A stretch of DNA of 64,000 nucleotides, taken from Planctomycetota bacterium. Lineage in GTDB: Bacteria > Planctomycetota > UBA1135 > UBA2386. The notes beneath the pieces are model-generated. The model searched no databases, was not told the origin of the DNA, and was given only the letters and a program-made list of their open reading frames with translations. Positions within the stretch are counted from its first letter, which is position 1; every line of letters starts with the position of its first letter. Position numbers and translations under genes: made by a program. Positions 17,854-28,470 of this stretch are shown here, piece by piece. The stretch is from the NCBI GenBank assembly GCA_965228735.1, contig OZ245838.1, positions 6,880,001 to 6,944,000 of the forward strand, given 5' to 3'.

Positions 17854-20025
17854 ATGCGCTGTCTCGCATTCACGGTAGTTCTCGGCCTCTGTTCCCAGTC
17901 GGTCCTTTCGCAGGCGGAGCCGGCGGATGCAGCCGAAGTTGCGTTCGATGCCGGCCGCGCCGAGGTGCAGGAGCTGATGGGGAAGGCGAAGTGGGCCGAC
18001 GCCAAGTCCGCGCTGCAGAAGCTGCTCAGCGCTCACGAGAGCAAGATCTACGTGCAGGCGCAGCGGGACGCGATCGTCGCGGACTTCACCGCGTGCTGCT
18101 TCTACGCGCACGCCAGGATGCCCGAGTTGCGTGACGTGCTCGACGGCAAGGTCGCGTCGTGGTCGGAGCGAACGGGCAAGGTCAAGCTGCAGTACGACAA
18201 CCTGGCGCAGGACTGGGAAGACCAGGAGGGACTGCTCGTTCATCCCGCCGTGTTCGCGGGCAGTTACTCGATCACGTTGAAGGGCAAGTCCTATCCGCAC
18301 ATGAACGAACCCCTCCGGGTGTTCTTCGACCTCGATACGAGCGGTGGGGTCCACGTCGCTGGCTTCGGGCATGGCGAACAGGACGTCGGCAATGGCGTGC
18401 AATGGCTGCCGGCATCCGTCTGGTACTACGGCCCGGCCAAGGGGGACGAGCGGCTCCTCGGGAAGGACCGGTCGAAGGCGGAGCCGGGCGAGCGCTACAC
18501 CGCGACGGTGCGCGTCAGCGGCAACCGCGTCGATCTGCTCTACAACAAGCGGTCGATGCTGCGGGTGAAGCGCGAGGACGCCGGCGGGGGGCGGGTCGGC
18601 ATCTTCACGGCGGGCTACGACTCGGTGGAACTCGAAGGCAAGCTCGAACCTGGCTGGTTCCAGAGCTGTGTCGACGAAGAGCTCGCGAAGCAGCGCGCGG
18701 AGTTCGACAAGACGTTTCGCGCGAACGAGGAGCTGCCGAAGTGGCTGTTCGAGCAGCCGCGCATCGAGCGCACGCCGGCGCGCAGTGCGTCGTGGCTGCC
18801 GGGTGTGCGCGGTCGCATCTCGCCGGGCCTCTCGAACGTGCTCGACCTGTGGCGGGATGGCAAGCTGCCTGCTGCCCGGGAAGCACTCACCGGTCTGTCC
18901 GATAACGACGCCGAGCCCGTCACGCGTAGGTTCATCGACGCCAGCCTGCTGCTCGCGCGTGGGCGCGGCGAGGAGGCCATCGTGATCAGCGAGAAGCTCG
19001 TCGCGGAGGACCCCGAGTCGAGTCAGCTGGCCGTCCTGCACGCGGACATCCTCGACTCGCTCGGGCGCGGCGACGACGCGATCACGACGTTGCGCGCGGC
19101 GCTCGGGAGCGATCCGGGTGAGCCGCGGGTCTACGACAAGCTCTGCGTCGCGCTGATGAGCGCGGGACATGCTGACGAGGCCGCGCGACTCGTGCGTTCG
19201 GGCAAGACCCGCCACGGCCTCTGGGACGATCTCGCGCAGCTCGACACGCTGCTCGCGATGGCGGCGCGGGGTCCGGCGTTCGCGCGTCGATTCAGCTACC
19301 GGACGACGCACTACGAGGTCGTCTCCGACATCGACACGAAGGTCTGCCAGCGCGCGTGCGCGATCCTCGAGGCCAGCTACGTCAACCTCATGGCGCAGTT
19401 CTCGTGGTTGCGCAGCAAGCAGAAGCAGCCGCGCTTCCGCGTCTTCTTGTTCTCGGGCGAGGACGGCTATCAGGCGTACTGCCAGGCGATCCTCGGTTCG
19501 ACGGCGCCACACACGGCAGGGCTGTACTCGCCGGTGCTGAAGCAGCTCCTGATCTGGAACCTGCCGAAGCGCGAGGACATGGAGCGCACGATCCGGCACG
19601 AGGGCTTCCACCAGTTCCTCGATCGCCTGATGAGCAACCCGCCGACGTGGCTCAACGAGGGCACCGCGGAATACTGGGAGACCGCGGAGCGCGAGCAGGG
19701 GCGGCTGACGGGCGGCCAGGTCCGGCGAGACCACATCGCGACGCTCGTGCGCAGCCGCCGGGCACTGCCGTCACCGAAGGACTTCGTCTACGGCAACCGC
19801 GCCGACTTCTACGCCAACGCGCAGCTGCGCTACGCGCAGGCCTGGGCGACCGTGCACTTCCTCCGGGAGAGCGGTCGCAAGAACGCGGCGCTGTTCGAGA
19901 AGCTCTGGGAAGAACTGCGTTCGGCCGGCAGCACGCGGAACGCCCTCGATGCCGCGTTCGCGAAGGTCGATTGGGAGGAGTTCGAGACGGCGTTCTGGGA
20001 GCACCTCGACGCGCTGAAGAACTGA
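17854..20025 (+). CDS. Exported TPR + DUF1570-like zinc metallopeptidase-fold protein
   Basis: AAGGAG SD, signal peptide, TPR-like helices, AGLYS, HEGFHQ...WLNEGTAEY, YAQAWATVHFL. Confidence 0.85.
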   Translation: MRCLAFTVVLGLCSQSVLSQAEPADAAEVAFDAGRAEVQELMGKAKWADAKSALQKLLSAHESKIYVQAQRDAIVADFTACCFYAHARMPELRDVLDGKVASWSERTGKVKLQYDNLAQDWEDQEGLLVHPAVFAGSYSITLKGKSYPHMNEPLRVFFDLDTSGGVHVAGFGHGEQDVGNGVQWLPASVWYYGPAKGDERLLGKDRSKAEPGERYTATVRVSGNRVDLLYNKRSMLRVKREDAGGGRVGIFTAGYDSVELEGKLEPGWFQSCVDEELAKQRAEFDKTFRANEELPKWLFEQPRIERTPARSASWLPGVRGRISPGLSNVLDLWRDGKLPAAREALTGLSDNDAEPVTRRFIDASLLLARGRGEEAIVISEKLVAEDPESSQLAVLHADILDSLGRGDDAITTLRAALGSDPGEPRVYDKLCVALMSAGHADEAARLVRSGKTRHGLWDDLAQLDTLLAMAARGPAFARRFSYRTTHYEVVSDIDTKVCQRACAILEASYVNLMAQFSWLRSKQKQPRFRVFLFSGEDGYQAYCQAILGSTAPHTAGLYSPVLKQLLIWNLPKREDMERTIRHEGFHQFLDRLMSNPPTWLNEGTAEYWETAEREQGRLTGGQVRRDHIATLVRSRRALPSPKDFVYGNRADFYANAQLRYAQAWATVHFLRESGRKNAALFEKLWEELRSAGSTRNALDAAFAKVDWEEFETAFWEHLDALKN

Positions 20026-20350
20026 GGCAGCGGGTGCGCGAGGCCAACGGAGCGCGCGATCCCCTCAAGGTCTTGCCGGCCCGCTATGCTGTGACATCCC
20101 ACTGCCAATACCCCGGGATTGCCATGCGCCGACGATTCGTGTTCCTGCTGCCGCTCCTGTATGCATTCCCTGCGATGGGGCAGGCGGCGACGTACACCGA
20201 AAGCCCGTTCTGATCCCGGCTGCGGCGGGCTGGCGTCGCGCCGCCGGGCGCTCGCCGAATGACCTCTCGTCCGTGGGGAACGACGTTCACGTGAACTTTC
20301 CGTGACGTCGCCGACACCAACATGTGTTCCCCCAGATCAGAGAGGCACTC

Positions 20351-23300
20351 ATGCGCTCATCCACCGTGCGGGCCGCCTGGCTCGCCGTCGTGTCCCCGTT
20401 CGCTTCCGCCCTGGCCCAGGAGGAAGTCGTCGTCTACGAGGCCGTGACGAGCAACGGGCTCGCCGTTGCGGACGTGGGCAGTCACACGCTCGTGCTGGCG
20501 TGCCGACCCGACGACAACTCGGTGTTCGTCATCGACACCGCGACCAACACCGTGCTCGAGCGCGTGCCGGTCGGGCTGACGCCGATCGCAGTGACATGGG
20601 ATCCGACGACGTCGCGCTTCTTCACCGCGAACCGCATCGGGGACTCCGTGAGCGCCGTCGAGTTGACCGAGGTCGCGGGCCAGGTGCAGAGTCGACTGAT
20701 CGCGACGAGGCAGGTCTACGACGAGCCGATGGACGTCGCGATCGGTCCGGGCGGCCGCCTGCACGTCGTGATGGGGCGCAACGCGATACTCAGTCAGCTC
20801 GATGCGACGACCCTGCAAGAGTTGAACACGTATCTCATGACCGAGCCGTTCACCGCGGTCGACATCCTCCCGACGGGCGGTCTCGACCTCGCGTTGCAAG
20901 CCGCCTCGGCGCTGCGCGCGCCGCGACGAATCGTCGTCGACGGTCAGCGTGTGCACGTGCTCGACCTCAAGGGCGACACCGGTTGGGATGTCAACAACGG
21001 TACGTTCGGCGGCTTCAAGTACGACCTCGCGACCTTCGACTGCAGCGGTGCTGCGCCGGCGAGCGGGTTCCTGACCGGCACGCTGGGTTCGACCAACGAG
21101 GCGATGGTGCTCGGCAGTGACGGCAACCTCTACGTCGTCGGCGGCATGGCGCGCAACGACGTGACGGGCAACGGCAACCTCGAGATGATGAGCAGTGGCT
21201 TCGTCGAGAGTCGACTCTACGTCCGGTCCTCGGCGCACACCGCGACCACGACGGCTGCCGAACGTGACCTCAACCTCGACGCGATCGGCGGCACGCTCGC
21301 GGCCGGCGAGTCGATCTCGCAGCCCGCGGGTGTCGCGCTCCTCGAGTCCGGCGGCAACGTGAACAAGGTGTTCGTGTCGTCGTTCGGCACCGATCGCCTG
21401 CTCGAGCTGACGGTCAACGCCGGCGCGCCGTCGACCTGGGCGAGCGCCGTCATCACCGTGCCTGCCCCGGCGCTCGCCGAGACGATGAACGGGCCGCGCG
21501 ATCTCGAGATCGTCGACACGGCCAACGGACCGCGGCTCTACGTGCTGAACGAGCTCGGCGGTTCGGTCTCGGTGTTCGATCCGACCGTCGCCGCGACGGC
21601 GTCGACGGAGCTCGCGCGGGTCGCGCTCGCGCAGGTGCTCACGGACGATCAGCAGCGCGGTCGCCGCTTTCTTTACGACGCGCGGCTGTCGGGCAACGGC
21701 AAGGTGTCGTGCGCGTCGTGTCACATCGACGGCCGCACGGACAGCTTGAGCTGGCACCTCGGCGATGCCACGAGCCCGCACGAAGCGGGCGAGACGATCC
21801 CGTACGCCGATGATCCGCTCGGTCCCAAGCCGCTGAACTGGCTCATCGACGGCGTGATCGAGCCCAACGGTGAACTCCTCGAGGACCCCAACACGACCGG
21901 CGCGTTCGCGTTTCCCAAGAACAAGGGCCGCATGGTCACGCAGTCGCTGCAGGGGCTCGTCGAGCACCCGGTCAACGACGATGCGCAGTTCATGTTCTCG
22001 ACGGGCGTGCTGCACTGGCGCGGCGATCGGATGACGCTCGACTCGTTCAACGAGGCGTTCGTCAACCTGCTCGGTGCGCCGTCGGTCATGGGCAGCCCGG
22101 CGAGCGGTCCGGATGCGAAGGGGCTGACGACGACCGAGATGGAGCTCTTTCGCCGGTACGTGTTCGACATCCGCTACGAGCCCAACGCCGATCAGCCGCG
22201 GGACCGCGTCCACTCGGGTGCGATGGACGATCTGCCGACGCTCGGCTCCGGCGGCATGCGCGGACTGCAGATGTTCTTGTCGCGGCCCAACTCGCCGTTC
22301 GGCCCCGGCGGCCAACCGTCCGCCCAGGGACTCGGCTTTGCCGGGCGCTCGTGCGTGCAGTGCCACTCGCTGCCGGGTGGGACGAACGGGCGGCTCTGCC
22401 TGCTCGGCACGATTCTGCTCGACACCGGCTTCGGCGACGACCAGGCGCAGAAGAGCGCGCAACTGCGCGGGCTGACGCATCGCGAGGGCGTCGTCGAGTT
22501 CTTGCCCGTCGAACTGCACGAGGTCGGTCCGTTGACCGGTGTGGTGCCCAACCCGCGCGGCCTGCCGCGCACCGGTGAGTCCGGCATGTCGCACGCTGGC
22601 ACGGAGATCGAGGACCTGCCGTTCAACATCAACCGCTTCGCGTCGCTGTTCTTCAACGCGTTCTACGACTTCCCCAACGACACCGAGGAACTCGCGCGGC
22701 TGACGGACCTCGTGACCTTCCTGCGCGAGCTCGACAGCGGCACGGCGCCGGTCATCGGCCTCGTCGAGACGTTCGACAACGGCGCCGGCGTGACCGCGTC
22801 CGTCGACCTCATGGAAGCGCAGGCGTTCGAGGCCAACTGCGACGTCGTCGTGCACGTCGTCGACGGCTCGCCCCCGGTGTTGCGCGGCTATTACCTCGAC
22901 GTGCTCGCGTCGAGCACGGCGCCCGTGACTCCACGTTACCGCGAGGCCACGGCGGGCGTCGGGCCGCTCGTCACGCGCGCCACGCTGCTGCAGAACGCGA
23001 CCGCGGTGTTCCAGGCCGTGCCGGTCGGCAGCGGCCGCCGCATCGCCGACCCTGCCGGCACGGGCGACTGGGCCGCGTTGACGGGGCCGGCCGCGAGCAA
23101 CGTCGTTCTCGAAGCGATGCGCCCGGCGACGCAGTGGCGTGAGGTCGCGTCGGTCTACAAGAACTGGAACCGCGGCACGGGCCCGGACGACTTCCAGTGG
23201 CTTACCGTCGCGAACCAGGGCGGCACATGGGTCAACTGGCCCAACGGCAACCCCGACCCGGCGTTCCCGCGCGCGCAGCGCCAGCTGCAGGCGGGCCTCC

Positions 23301-23764
23301 TCGACGATACCGGGACACCGCGGTTCGGCCTCACGGTCAACGCCAACGGTGAGTTCCATCACGAGCCACCGCGCCGTTTCCGCGTCAGCGGCGATGACAT
23401 CCGTCAGGGGGCCCGACTGCTGCTGCTGTTCAGCTCCGATCCCGTCCAGCCGGGCCCGAGCTCGAGCAACATCTCCTACATCGAGGCGCCGCTGTTCCCG
23501 GCCCTCGACCAGAGCACGGGCGAGCTCGTGTGGGAGACCGCGGTCGAGGCGAACGCGCTGACCACGCTGGCGCTGCTCCACGGTTCGGTCTACGTGCCGG
23601 GCGTCGAGCTCGTGACCCTCGGCGGCGTGCCAGATGGCCAGACGGCGATCGATCCCTACGCGCTCGACCCCGTGGCGCGCAACTGGTTCGCCCCGCTCGT
23701 CGTCAACGCCAACGGCGCCTGGTCGCTGCCGAGCTGGCAGCGGTTGACGATCACGGACAACTGA
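20351..23764 (+). CDS. Secreted YncE/YVTN beta-propeller + diheme cytochrome c protein
   Basis: VFVIDTATN..VPVG propeller repeats; CASCH and CVQCH heme motifs; TQSLQG, LHWRGDR. Confidence 0.85.
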   Translation: MRSSTVRAAWLAVVSPFASALAQEEVVVYEAVTSNGLAVADVGSHTLVLACRPDDNSVFVIDTATNTVLERVPVGLTPIAVTWDPTTSRFFTANRIGDSVSAVELTEVAGQVQSRLIATRQVYDEPMDVAIGPGGRLHVVMGRNAILSQLDATTLQELNTYLMTEPFTAVDILPTGGLDLALQAASALRAPRRIVVDGQRVHVLDLKGDTGWDVNNGTFGGFKYDLATFDCSGAAPASGFLTGTLGSTNEAMVLGSDGNLYVVGGMARNDVTGNGNLEMMSSGFVESRLYVRSSAHTATTTAAERDLNLDAIGGTLAAGESISQPAGVALLESGGNVNKVFVSSFGTDRLLELTVNAGAPSTWASAVITVPAPALAETMNGPRDLEIVDTANGPRLYVLNELGGSVSVFDPTVAATASTELARVALAQVLTDDQQRGRRFLYDARLSGNGKVSCASCHIDGRTDSLSWHLGDATSPHEAGETIPYADDPLGPKPLNWLIDGVIEPNGELLEDPNTTGAFAFPKNKGRMVTQSLQGLVEHPVNDDAQFMFSTGVLHWRGDRMTLDSFNEAFVNLLGAPSVMGSPASGPDAKGLTTTEMELFRRYVFDIRYEPNADQPRDRVHSGAMDDLPTLGSGGMRGLQMFLSRPNSPFGPGGQPSAQGLGFAGRSCVQCHSLPGGTNGRLCLLGTILLDTGFGDDQAQKSAQLRGLTHREGVVEFLPVELHEVGPLTGVVPNPRGLPRTGESGMSHAGTEIEDLPFNINRFASLFFNAFYDFPNDTEELARLTDLVTFLRELDSGTAPVIGLVETFDNGAGVTASVDLMEAQAFEANCDVVVHVVDGSPPVLRGYYLDVLASSTAPVTPRYREATAGVGPLVTRATLLQNATAVFQAVPVGSGRRIADPAGTGDWAALTGPAASNVVLEAMRPATQWREVASVYKNWNRGTGPDDFQWLTVANQGGTWVNWPNGNPDPAFPRAQRQLQAGLLDDTGTPRFGLTVNANGEFHHEPPRRFRVSGDDIRQGARLLLLFSSDPVQPGPSSSNISYIEAPLFPALDQSTGELVWETAVEANALTTLALLHGSVYVPGVELVTLGGVPDGQTAIDPYALDPVARNWFAPLVVNANGAWSLPSWQRLTITDN

Positions 23765-24109
23765 GGCCTCGAGCCGGCGAGTTCTGCGGAACGTCGGGTG
23801 GTCGACGCCCGTGCCATCGGGCCGACCGCTGGGGATCGACTCGCGGAAATGCGCCCTCGCGACCGATGTTGCCCAGTTGCGTCGGTTCGGGCGCCCGACG
23901 GAGGTCGAGATGAGCCAGACCGGGGCGCCGGTATGGCGCTACCACACCGACACCGAAATCCTCTCGGTCGACGTCTCGGTGGGCGGCTACGTGATCGGCA
24001 TGCGGCGACGCGAGCGGCGGAGCTGATTCCGCGAGGCCAACGGCGATTCGAATCCAGCAACGGGGCGAGCGTCAGCCGCGGCTAACATGCGGTGGCCTCA
24101 GGAACCGCC

Positions 24110-25342
24110 ATGAACCCTCGTCTCGCTGTCTCGTTCGCCGCCGCGGTCACCGTCGCGCTGGCCTCGTCCTCTCCGGCCGCAGCCCAGAAGCTGCAGGTCT
24201 ACATCCTCGCGGGGCAGTCCAACATGCAGGGTCACGCCAAGACCTCGACGCTGGACTACCTCGCCGACGATCCGGCGACGGCGCCGTTGCTCGAGCGGCT
24301 GCGGCCGAACGGCAAACCCGTCGTGCGTGACGACGTCTGGATCTCCTATCTCACGGGCGGTCGCGGCGGTGATGGCGTCGGCGCCGGTCCGCTCACGTTC
24401 GGCTACGGCGCGCGCAGTCAGGCGACCGAGCCCGGCGAGAAGATCGGGCCGGAGCTCGCGTTCGGCGTCACGGTCGGCGACGCGACGGACGACCCGGTGC
24501 TGCTCATCAAGACGGCGTGGGGCGGCAAATCGCTCAACACCGACTTCCGCCCGCCGTCGGCCGGACCGTACGTGTTCGACGCCGCGCAACGCGAGCGGCT
24601 CGAGGCTCAGGGCAAGTGGGAGTCGGCAGCGGCGAAGCGGCGCGCGGCGACCGGCGTCTACTATCGGAAGATGATCGAGCACGTGCGCGCCGTGCTCGCG
24701 GATCCGGGCAAGGTGTGTCCGAAATACGACCCCGAGGCCGGGTTCGAGATCGCGGGGTTCGTGTGGTTCCAGGGCTGGAACGACATGGTCGATCGCGGCA
24801 CGTATCCGAACCGCGGCAAGCCGGGCGGCTACGACGCCTACTCCGAGGTCATGGCGCACTTCATCCGCGACGTGCGCAAGGACCTCGGCGTCCCGGAGCT
24901 GCCGTTCGTGATCGGCGTGATGGGCGTCAACGGCAAGCTGAAGCCGGGGGAACGCTATACGCCCGTGCATGGCAGCTTTCGCGAGGCGATGGCCGCCCCG
25001 GCGCGGTTGCCCGAGTTCGCCGGGACCGTTGCCGCGGTGCGCACCGCGCCATTCTGGGATGCCAAGCTGCAGGAGATCGCCGAACTGCAGGGCAAGGTGC
25101 AGGGCATGAGCCGCAAGCTGAAGCGGCAAGCCAAGGACGGCCCGAACGCCGACGGCTCGATGACGCCAGCGCAGCAGAAGAAGTGGCTCGCCGACTACCG
25201 CAACGAGGTGGTCGGCGCGGAGCGCGAAGCGATCTGGCGGCGCGGCGCGTCCAACGCGGGCTACCACTACCTCGGCGCGGCCAAGACTTTGATGCAGATC
25301 GGTGAGGCGTTCGGCGAGGCCGCGCTGAAGCTGCGGAGATAG
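24110..25342 (+). CDS. Sialate O-acetylesterase (SASA) family carbohydrate esterase
   Basis: ILAGQSNMQG, GPELAFG, KTAWGGKSL, WFQGWND, YHY. Confidence 0.9.
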   Translation: MNPRLAVSFAAAVTVALASSSPAAAQKLQVYILAGQSNMQGHAKTSTLDYLADDPATAPLLERLRPNGKPVVRDDVWISYLTGGRGGDGVGAGPLTFGYGARSQATEPGEKIGPELAFGVTVGDATDDPVLLIKTAWGGKSLNTDFRPPSAGPYVFDAAQRERLEAQGKWESAAAKRRAATGVYYRKMIEHVRAVLADPGKVCPKYDPEAGFEIAGFVWFQGWNDMVDRGTYPNRGKPGGYDAYSEVMAHFIRDVRKDLGVPELPFVIGVMGVNGKLKPGERYTPVHGSFREAMAAPARLPEFAGTVAAVRTAPFWDAKLQEIAELQGKVQGMSRKLKRQAKDGPNADGSMTPAQQKKWLADYRNEVVGAEREAIWRRGASNAGYHYLGAAKTLMQIGEAFGEAALKLRR

Positions 25343-25405
25343 ACCCGGACCGTCACGATCGACGGATCCCGGGAACCCGTTGCGCGGATCGGCGTCCAGT
25401 CGGGC

Positions 25406-26365
25406 ATGGCCATGCTTCGAGTCGGGCGCGTTCTCGTCGTTATGATACCGGCTGGGCTGTCGGTCCTGCCGGCCCAGACGGGTGACGCGGCGGCGGCAGC
25501 TGCGACTGATCTGCGGAAGGCGCCGAGCCTCGACGACGAGGCGATCGGCTACGCCGGGATCAAGAGCGCCGCGTATCGCGCCTACGAACGCCTGCGGGAT
25601 GCGGCCACCGCGGCCGAGCTCATCGTGTGGGTAGGTGATGATTCGCCGATGCTGCGGTGCTACGCGTTTCGGGCGCTGGTCGAGAAGCACCCGGACGTTG
25701 CGCTCGGGCCGCTCCTGTTGCCGCAACTCGGCGACCGCAGCAAGGTCACGACGATGCGCGGCTGCATGCGCGCCGAGCGCTACGCCACCGACGTTCTGCT
25801 CGAGCTGGCCGCGCCCGTATTGCCCGTCGCCGACCAGCGCGCGCTCCACGCCCGGCTCGTCCGCGACGAAACGGCGCCCGCGCTCGATGCGCGCGGTCGG
25901 GCGCTGCGCTCCGAGAAGTTCGCGAAGGATCTCCTGCCGGTGATCGAACGGCTCGCGCGCGGCGGCGACGACGAAGCGCTCATCGCGCTGATGCGCTACG
26001 GCCGACCCGCGGACCTCGCGCTGCTGCGCGAACGTCTGCAGGCCGACCGTGGCCTGAAGGAGCTGCACTTCGTGCTGTGGGCCGCCGAGGTGCGGCCGGA
26101 CCCGGCGCTCATGCCGCTGCTCGCCGCGATCGCGCCGAAGGCGCATCGGCAGCTGCGGCGGGACACCGGGCACCGGATGCGCCAGTGGTTCGCGGCCGTC
26201 GCGGCCCAGCGCAGCGAAGCGGCGGCCGCGACCTTGCGGGCGTTCGTGCGCGACACGGACGCGTCCGAGTCACGCCAGCGCAGCATGCGCACCTGCCTGC
26301 GCAAAGTGCTCGAGAAGCACGCGGGGGTCGCGGTCTACGACGAGCTTCGCCGTTCGCTCGAGTGA
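25406..26365 (+). CDS. Exported helical (HEAT-like) hypothetical protein
   Basis: Signal peptide, LRCYAFRAL, helical repeats, GC3-rich codons. Confidence 0.7.
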   Translation: MAMLRVGRVLVVMIPAGLSVLPAQTGDAAAAAATDLRKAPSLDDEAIGYAGIKSAAYRAYERLRDAATAAELIVWVGDDSPMLRCYAFRALVEKHPDVALGPLLLPQLGDRSKVTTMRGCMRAERYATDVLLELAAPVLPVADQRALHARLVRDETAPALDARGRALRSEKFAKDLLPVIERLARGGDDEALIALMRYGRPADLALLRERLQADRGLKELHFVLWAAEVRPDPALMPLLAAIAPKAHRQLRRDTGHRMRQWFAAVAAQRSEAAAATLRAFVRDTDASESRQRSMRTCLRKVLEKHAGVAVYDELRRSLE

Positions 26366-26379
26366 GTCACTCGATCGCG

Positions 26380-27036
26380 TCAGTTCTTCGGGGCGGCTGG
26401 TCGCTTCGTGCCCGCGAGCGTCGTGCGGCTCAGCCACCAGTAGGCCACGAGCAGGTTCGGCACCCAGCACGACCACGACACGATGCGATAGCCGGCCTCG
26501 AACGACTGCAGGCTCATGGCGAGCGGACCGAGCTGGACGCGCAGGGTGACGGCGGCGTAGCACAGCGCGAAGCTCAGCACCATGAAGCGTCGATGGCGCG
26601 CGACGTCGCGGCGCTGGATCGCACGCACGCCGAGCGTCGTCGTCGAGAGCCACAGCACGGCGAGCACGCCGAAGCCGAGGTGAGTGGCGAGTCCGTGCAT
26701 CGAGAAGCACGCCATCGCGAGCGCCGCGAGGCCGGAGGTCGTGACGCCGAGAACGTAGATCCAGCCGAGCTTGCGATGCCATGCTCGCGCCCGGGCGAGC
26801 AGGTCGCGACGGAACCCGAACGGGCCGACCGCGAGCGCGATCCCGCCCGCGACGAAGTGCACCTCGTCGAGCCACGGCAGCCCGGGAACGGCGTTCTGCA
26901 CGTCGCGCGCGTCCTGCAGCGCGATTGCGTAGGCGCCGATCGGGATCGAGGTGATGGCGATCAGCCACCAGAGCCAGCCCGCCGAGAGCTTCTGAGGCAC
27001 GGCGGCTGCCGGGATCTCGAAGCCGTGGGCCGTCAT
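26380..27036 (-). CDS. DUF2306 membrane protein
   Basis: HRKLGWIY, HRRFM, VTLR, WVPNLL. Confidence 0.85.
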   Translation of the reverse strand: MTAHGFEIPAAAVPQKLSAGWLWWLIAITSIPIGAYAIALQDARDVQNAVPGLPWLDEVHFVAGGIALAVGPFGFRRDLLARARAWHRKLGWIYVLGVTTSGLAALAMACFSMHGLATHLGFGVLAVLWLSTTTLGVRAIQRRDVARHRRFMVLSFALCYAAVTLRVQLGPLAMSLQSFEAGYRIVSWSCWVPNLLVAYWWLSRTTLAGTKRPAAPKN

Positions 27037-27040
27037 GGCG

Positions 27041-28417
27041 TCACCGGCGCGATGGCAGTGTGACGCGGTTCACGATCTCGCCGTCGACCGCGTGGTGCCG
27101 GACCTCGGCGCGTTCGGCGTCGCAGTGCACCGAGAGGAAGCCGCCGCGGATGCGCAGGAAGCGCTGCCACTCGGGCTGCAGGTCCTTGCGCCAGCCGCCG
27201 GCGTGTCGATCCGAGGCGGGGCCGCACCCGAACTCCACGAGGCCGGTCACCTCGTCCACGGAGTGATACTGCCAGTGCCGGTCGCCGTTGATCACGACGA
27301 GGCCAGGGATGGTCGCGAGCAGCTCGCGCAGCTTCTGACCCTCGTGCGCGAAGCCGGAGTTGGCGTGGTTGTCGTTCTTGCCCTTGCGGTCCGGCCCGAC
27401 GACCGGCGTCGCGGACACGTAGAACTTGTGCGTCGCGTCGGACGCGCGCAGCGACTCCGCGAGCCAGTTCCACTGCTCCTGGCCGAGGATCGACTTGTCG
27501 GGCCCGTCGGGCATGCGGTTCGGCGAGCGGAACTCGCGGCCTTCCGGCAGCCAGATCTGCACGTGCCGGCCCCAACGGAACGTGCGGTAGGGCAGCTCGG
27601 ACTGCGGCACCTGCTCGCGCCAGATCTGCAGCCCCTGCGCCCACGTGAGATCGCCGTAGCGCTGGCCGGGCCAGCAGTCGTTCTTCAGCACGTCGTGATC
27701 GTCGTGCATCCAGTTCGACGGCACGCGCGCGTGGAACGTTCGCAAGAACGGCAGTGCATAGAGCCGGTTCCACTTGTAGCGCGCGGTGCGCTGGTCCTTC
27801 GCGAACGGCTTCGGCTTGTCGTAGTAGAGCGTGTCGCCGGTCTGCACGAAGAACGCGGGCTCGAGCGCGAGCATCGACCGGTAGATCCGGTGCCCGTTGG
27901 CCTTGTCGTCGCGGCGCGGGAAGTCCTGGCACGTCGAGATCACGAACGTGATCGCGGCGTCCGCGTCGCGTGCAGGCGCAGTCGTGAACGAGCCGTCGAA
28001 CACGGCGGTTGCGCTGCCGGTCGTGCGACCGAGCGCCTGGAACTCGTAGCGCGTCGCCGGCTGCAGGCGGTCGAACCGATGCTGGTGGCAGAAGTCGGTG
28101 CTCGCGTCGACCGCCGTCCACGGCGACGCGAAGCGCTGGTTCGGAGCGTCCGTTCGCCAGTAGACGAAGCGGACCTCGCCGGCGATGCCGGGCACCTGCC
28201 AGTGCGGGCGCGCCGGGTCCCACTCGTCGACGCGGTGCAGTGCGTCGGCGAACCGGGTGAGCCGGGTCCAGAGCACGGCGCTGGTCGCGGTGACCTCACC
28301 GATCTTGACGCCGTTGCCGTGAGCGGGCGGTGCGACCTCGGTCGTCGTGACCTCGGGCGGTCCGGCGCCCGGGTCCTGGGGCAGCAGCGTGAGAGCGAGG
28401 GCGAGGAGGGGCGCCAT
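27041..28417 (-). CDS. phoD: PhoD-like alkaline phosphatase
   Basis: GEVT..AVLWTR, TGDTLYYD, DDHD, GDRHWQY. Confidence 0.85.
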   Translation of the reverse strand: MAPLLALALTLLPQDPGAGPPEVTTTEVAPPAHGNGVKIGEVTATSAVLWTRLTRFADALHRVDEWDPARPHWQVPGIAGEVRFVYWRTDAPNQRFASPWTAVDASTDFCHQHRFDRLQPATRYEFQALGRTTGSATAVFDGSFTTAPARDADAAITFVISTCQDFPRRDDKANGHRIYRSMLALEPAFFVQTGDTLYYDKPKPFAKDQRTARYKWNRLYALPFLRTFHARVPSNWMHDDHDVLKNDCWPGQRYGDLTWAQGLQIWREQVPQSELPYRTFRWGRHVQIWLPEGREFRSPNRMPDGPDKSILGQEQWNWLAESLRASDATHKFYVSATPVVGPDRKGKNDNHANSGFAHEGQKLRELLATIPGLVVINGDRHWQYHSVDEVTGLVEFGCGPASDRHAGGWRKDLQPEWQRFLRIRGGFLSVHCDAERAEVRHHAVDGEIVNRVTLPSRR

Positions 28418-28470
28418 GGCGAGGACGATACCGGATCGTCGTGGCGGAACGGCGAACCTGCTATGACCCG

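Noticed and set aside
20124..20213. Second UGA read-through candidate (signal-peptide ORF ending in TGA)
   Set aside because: The frame closes again shortly after, does not join the downstream gene, and has no redox motif.
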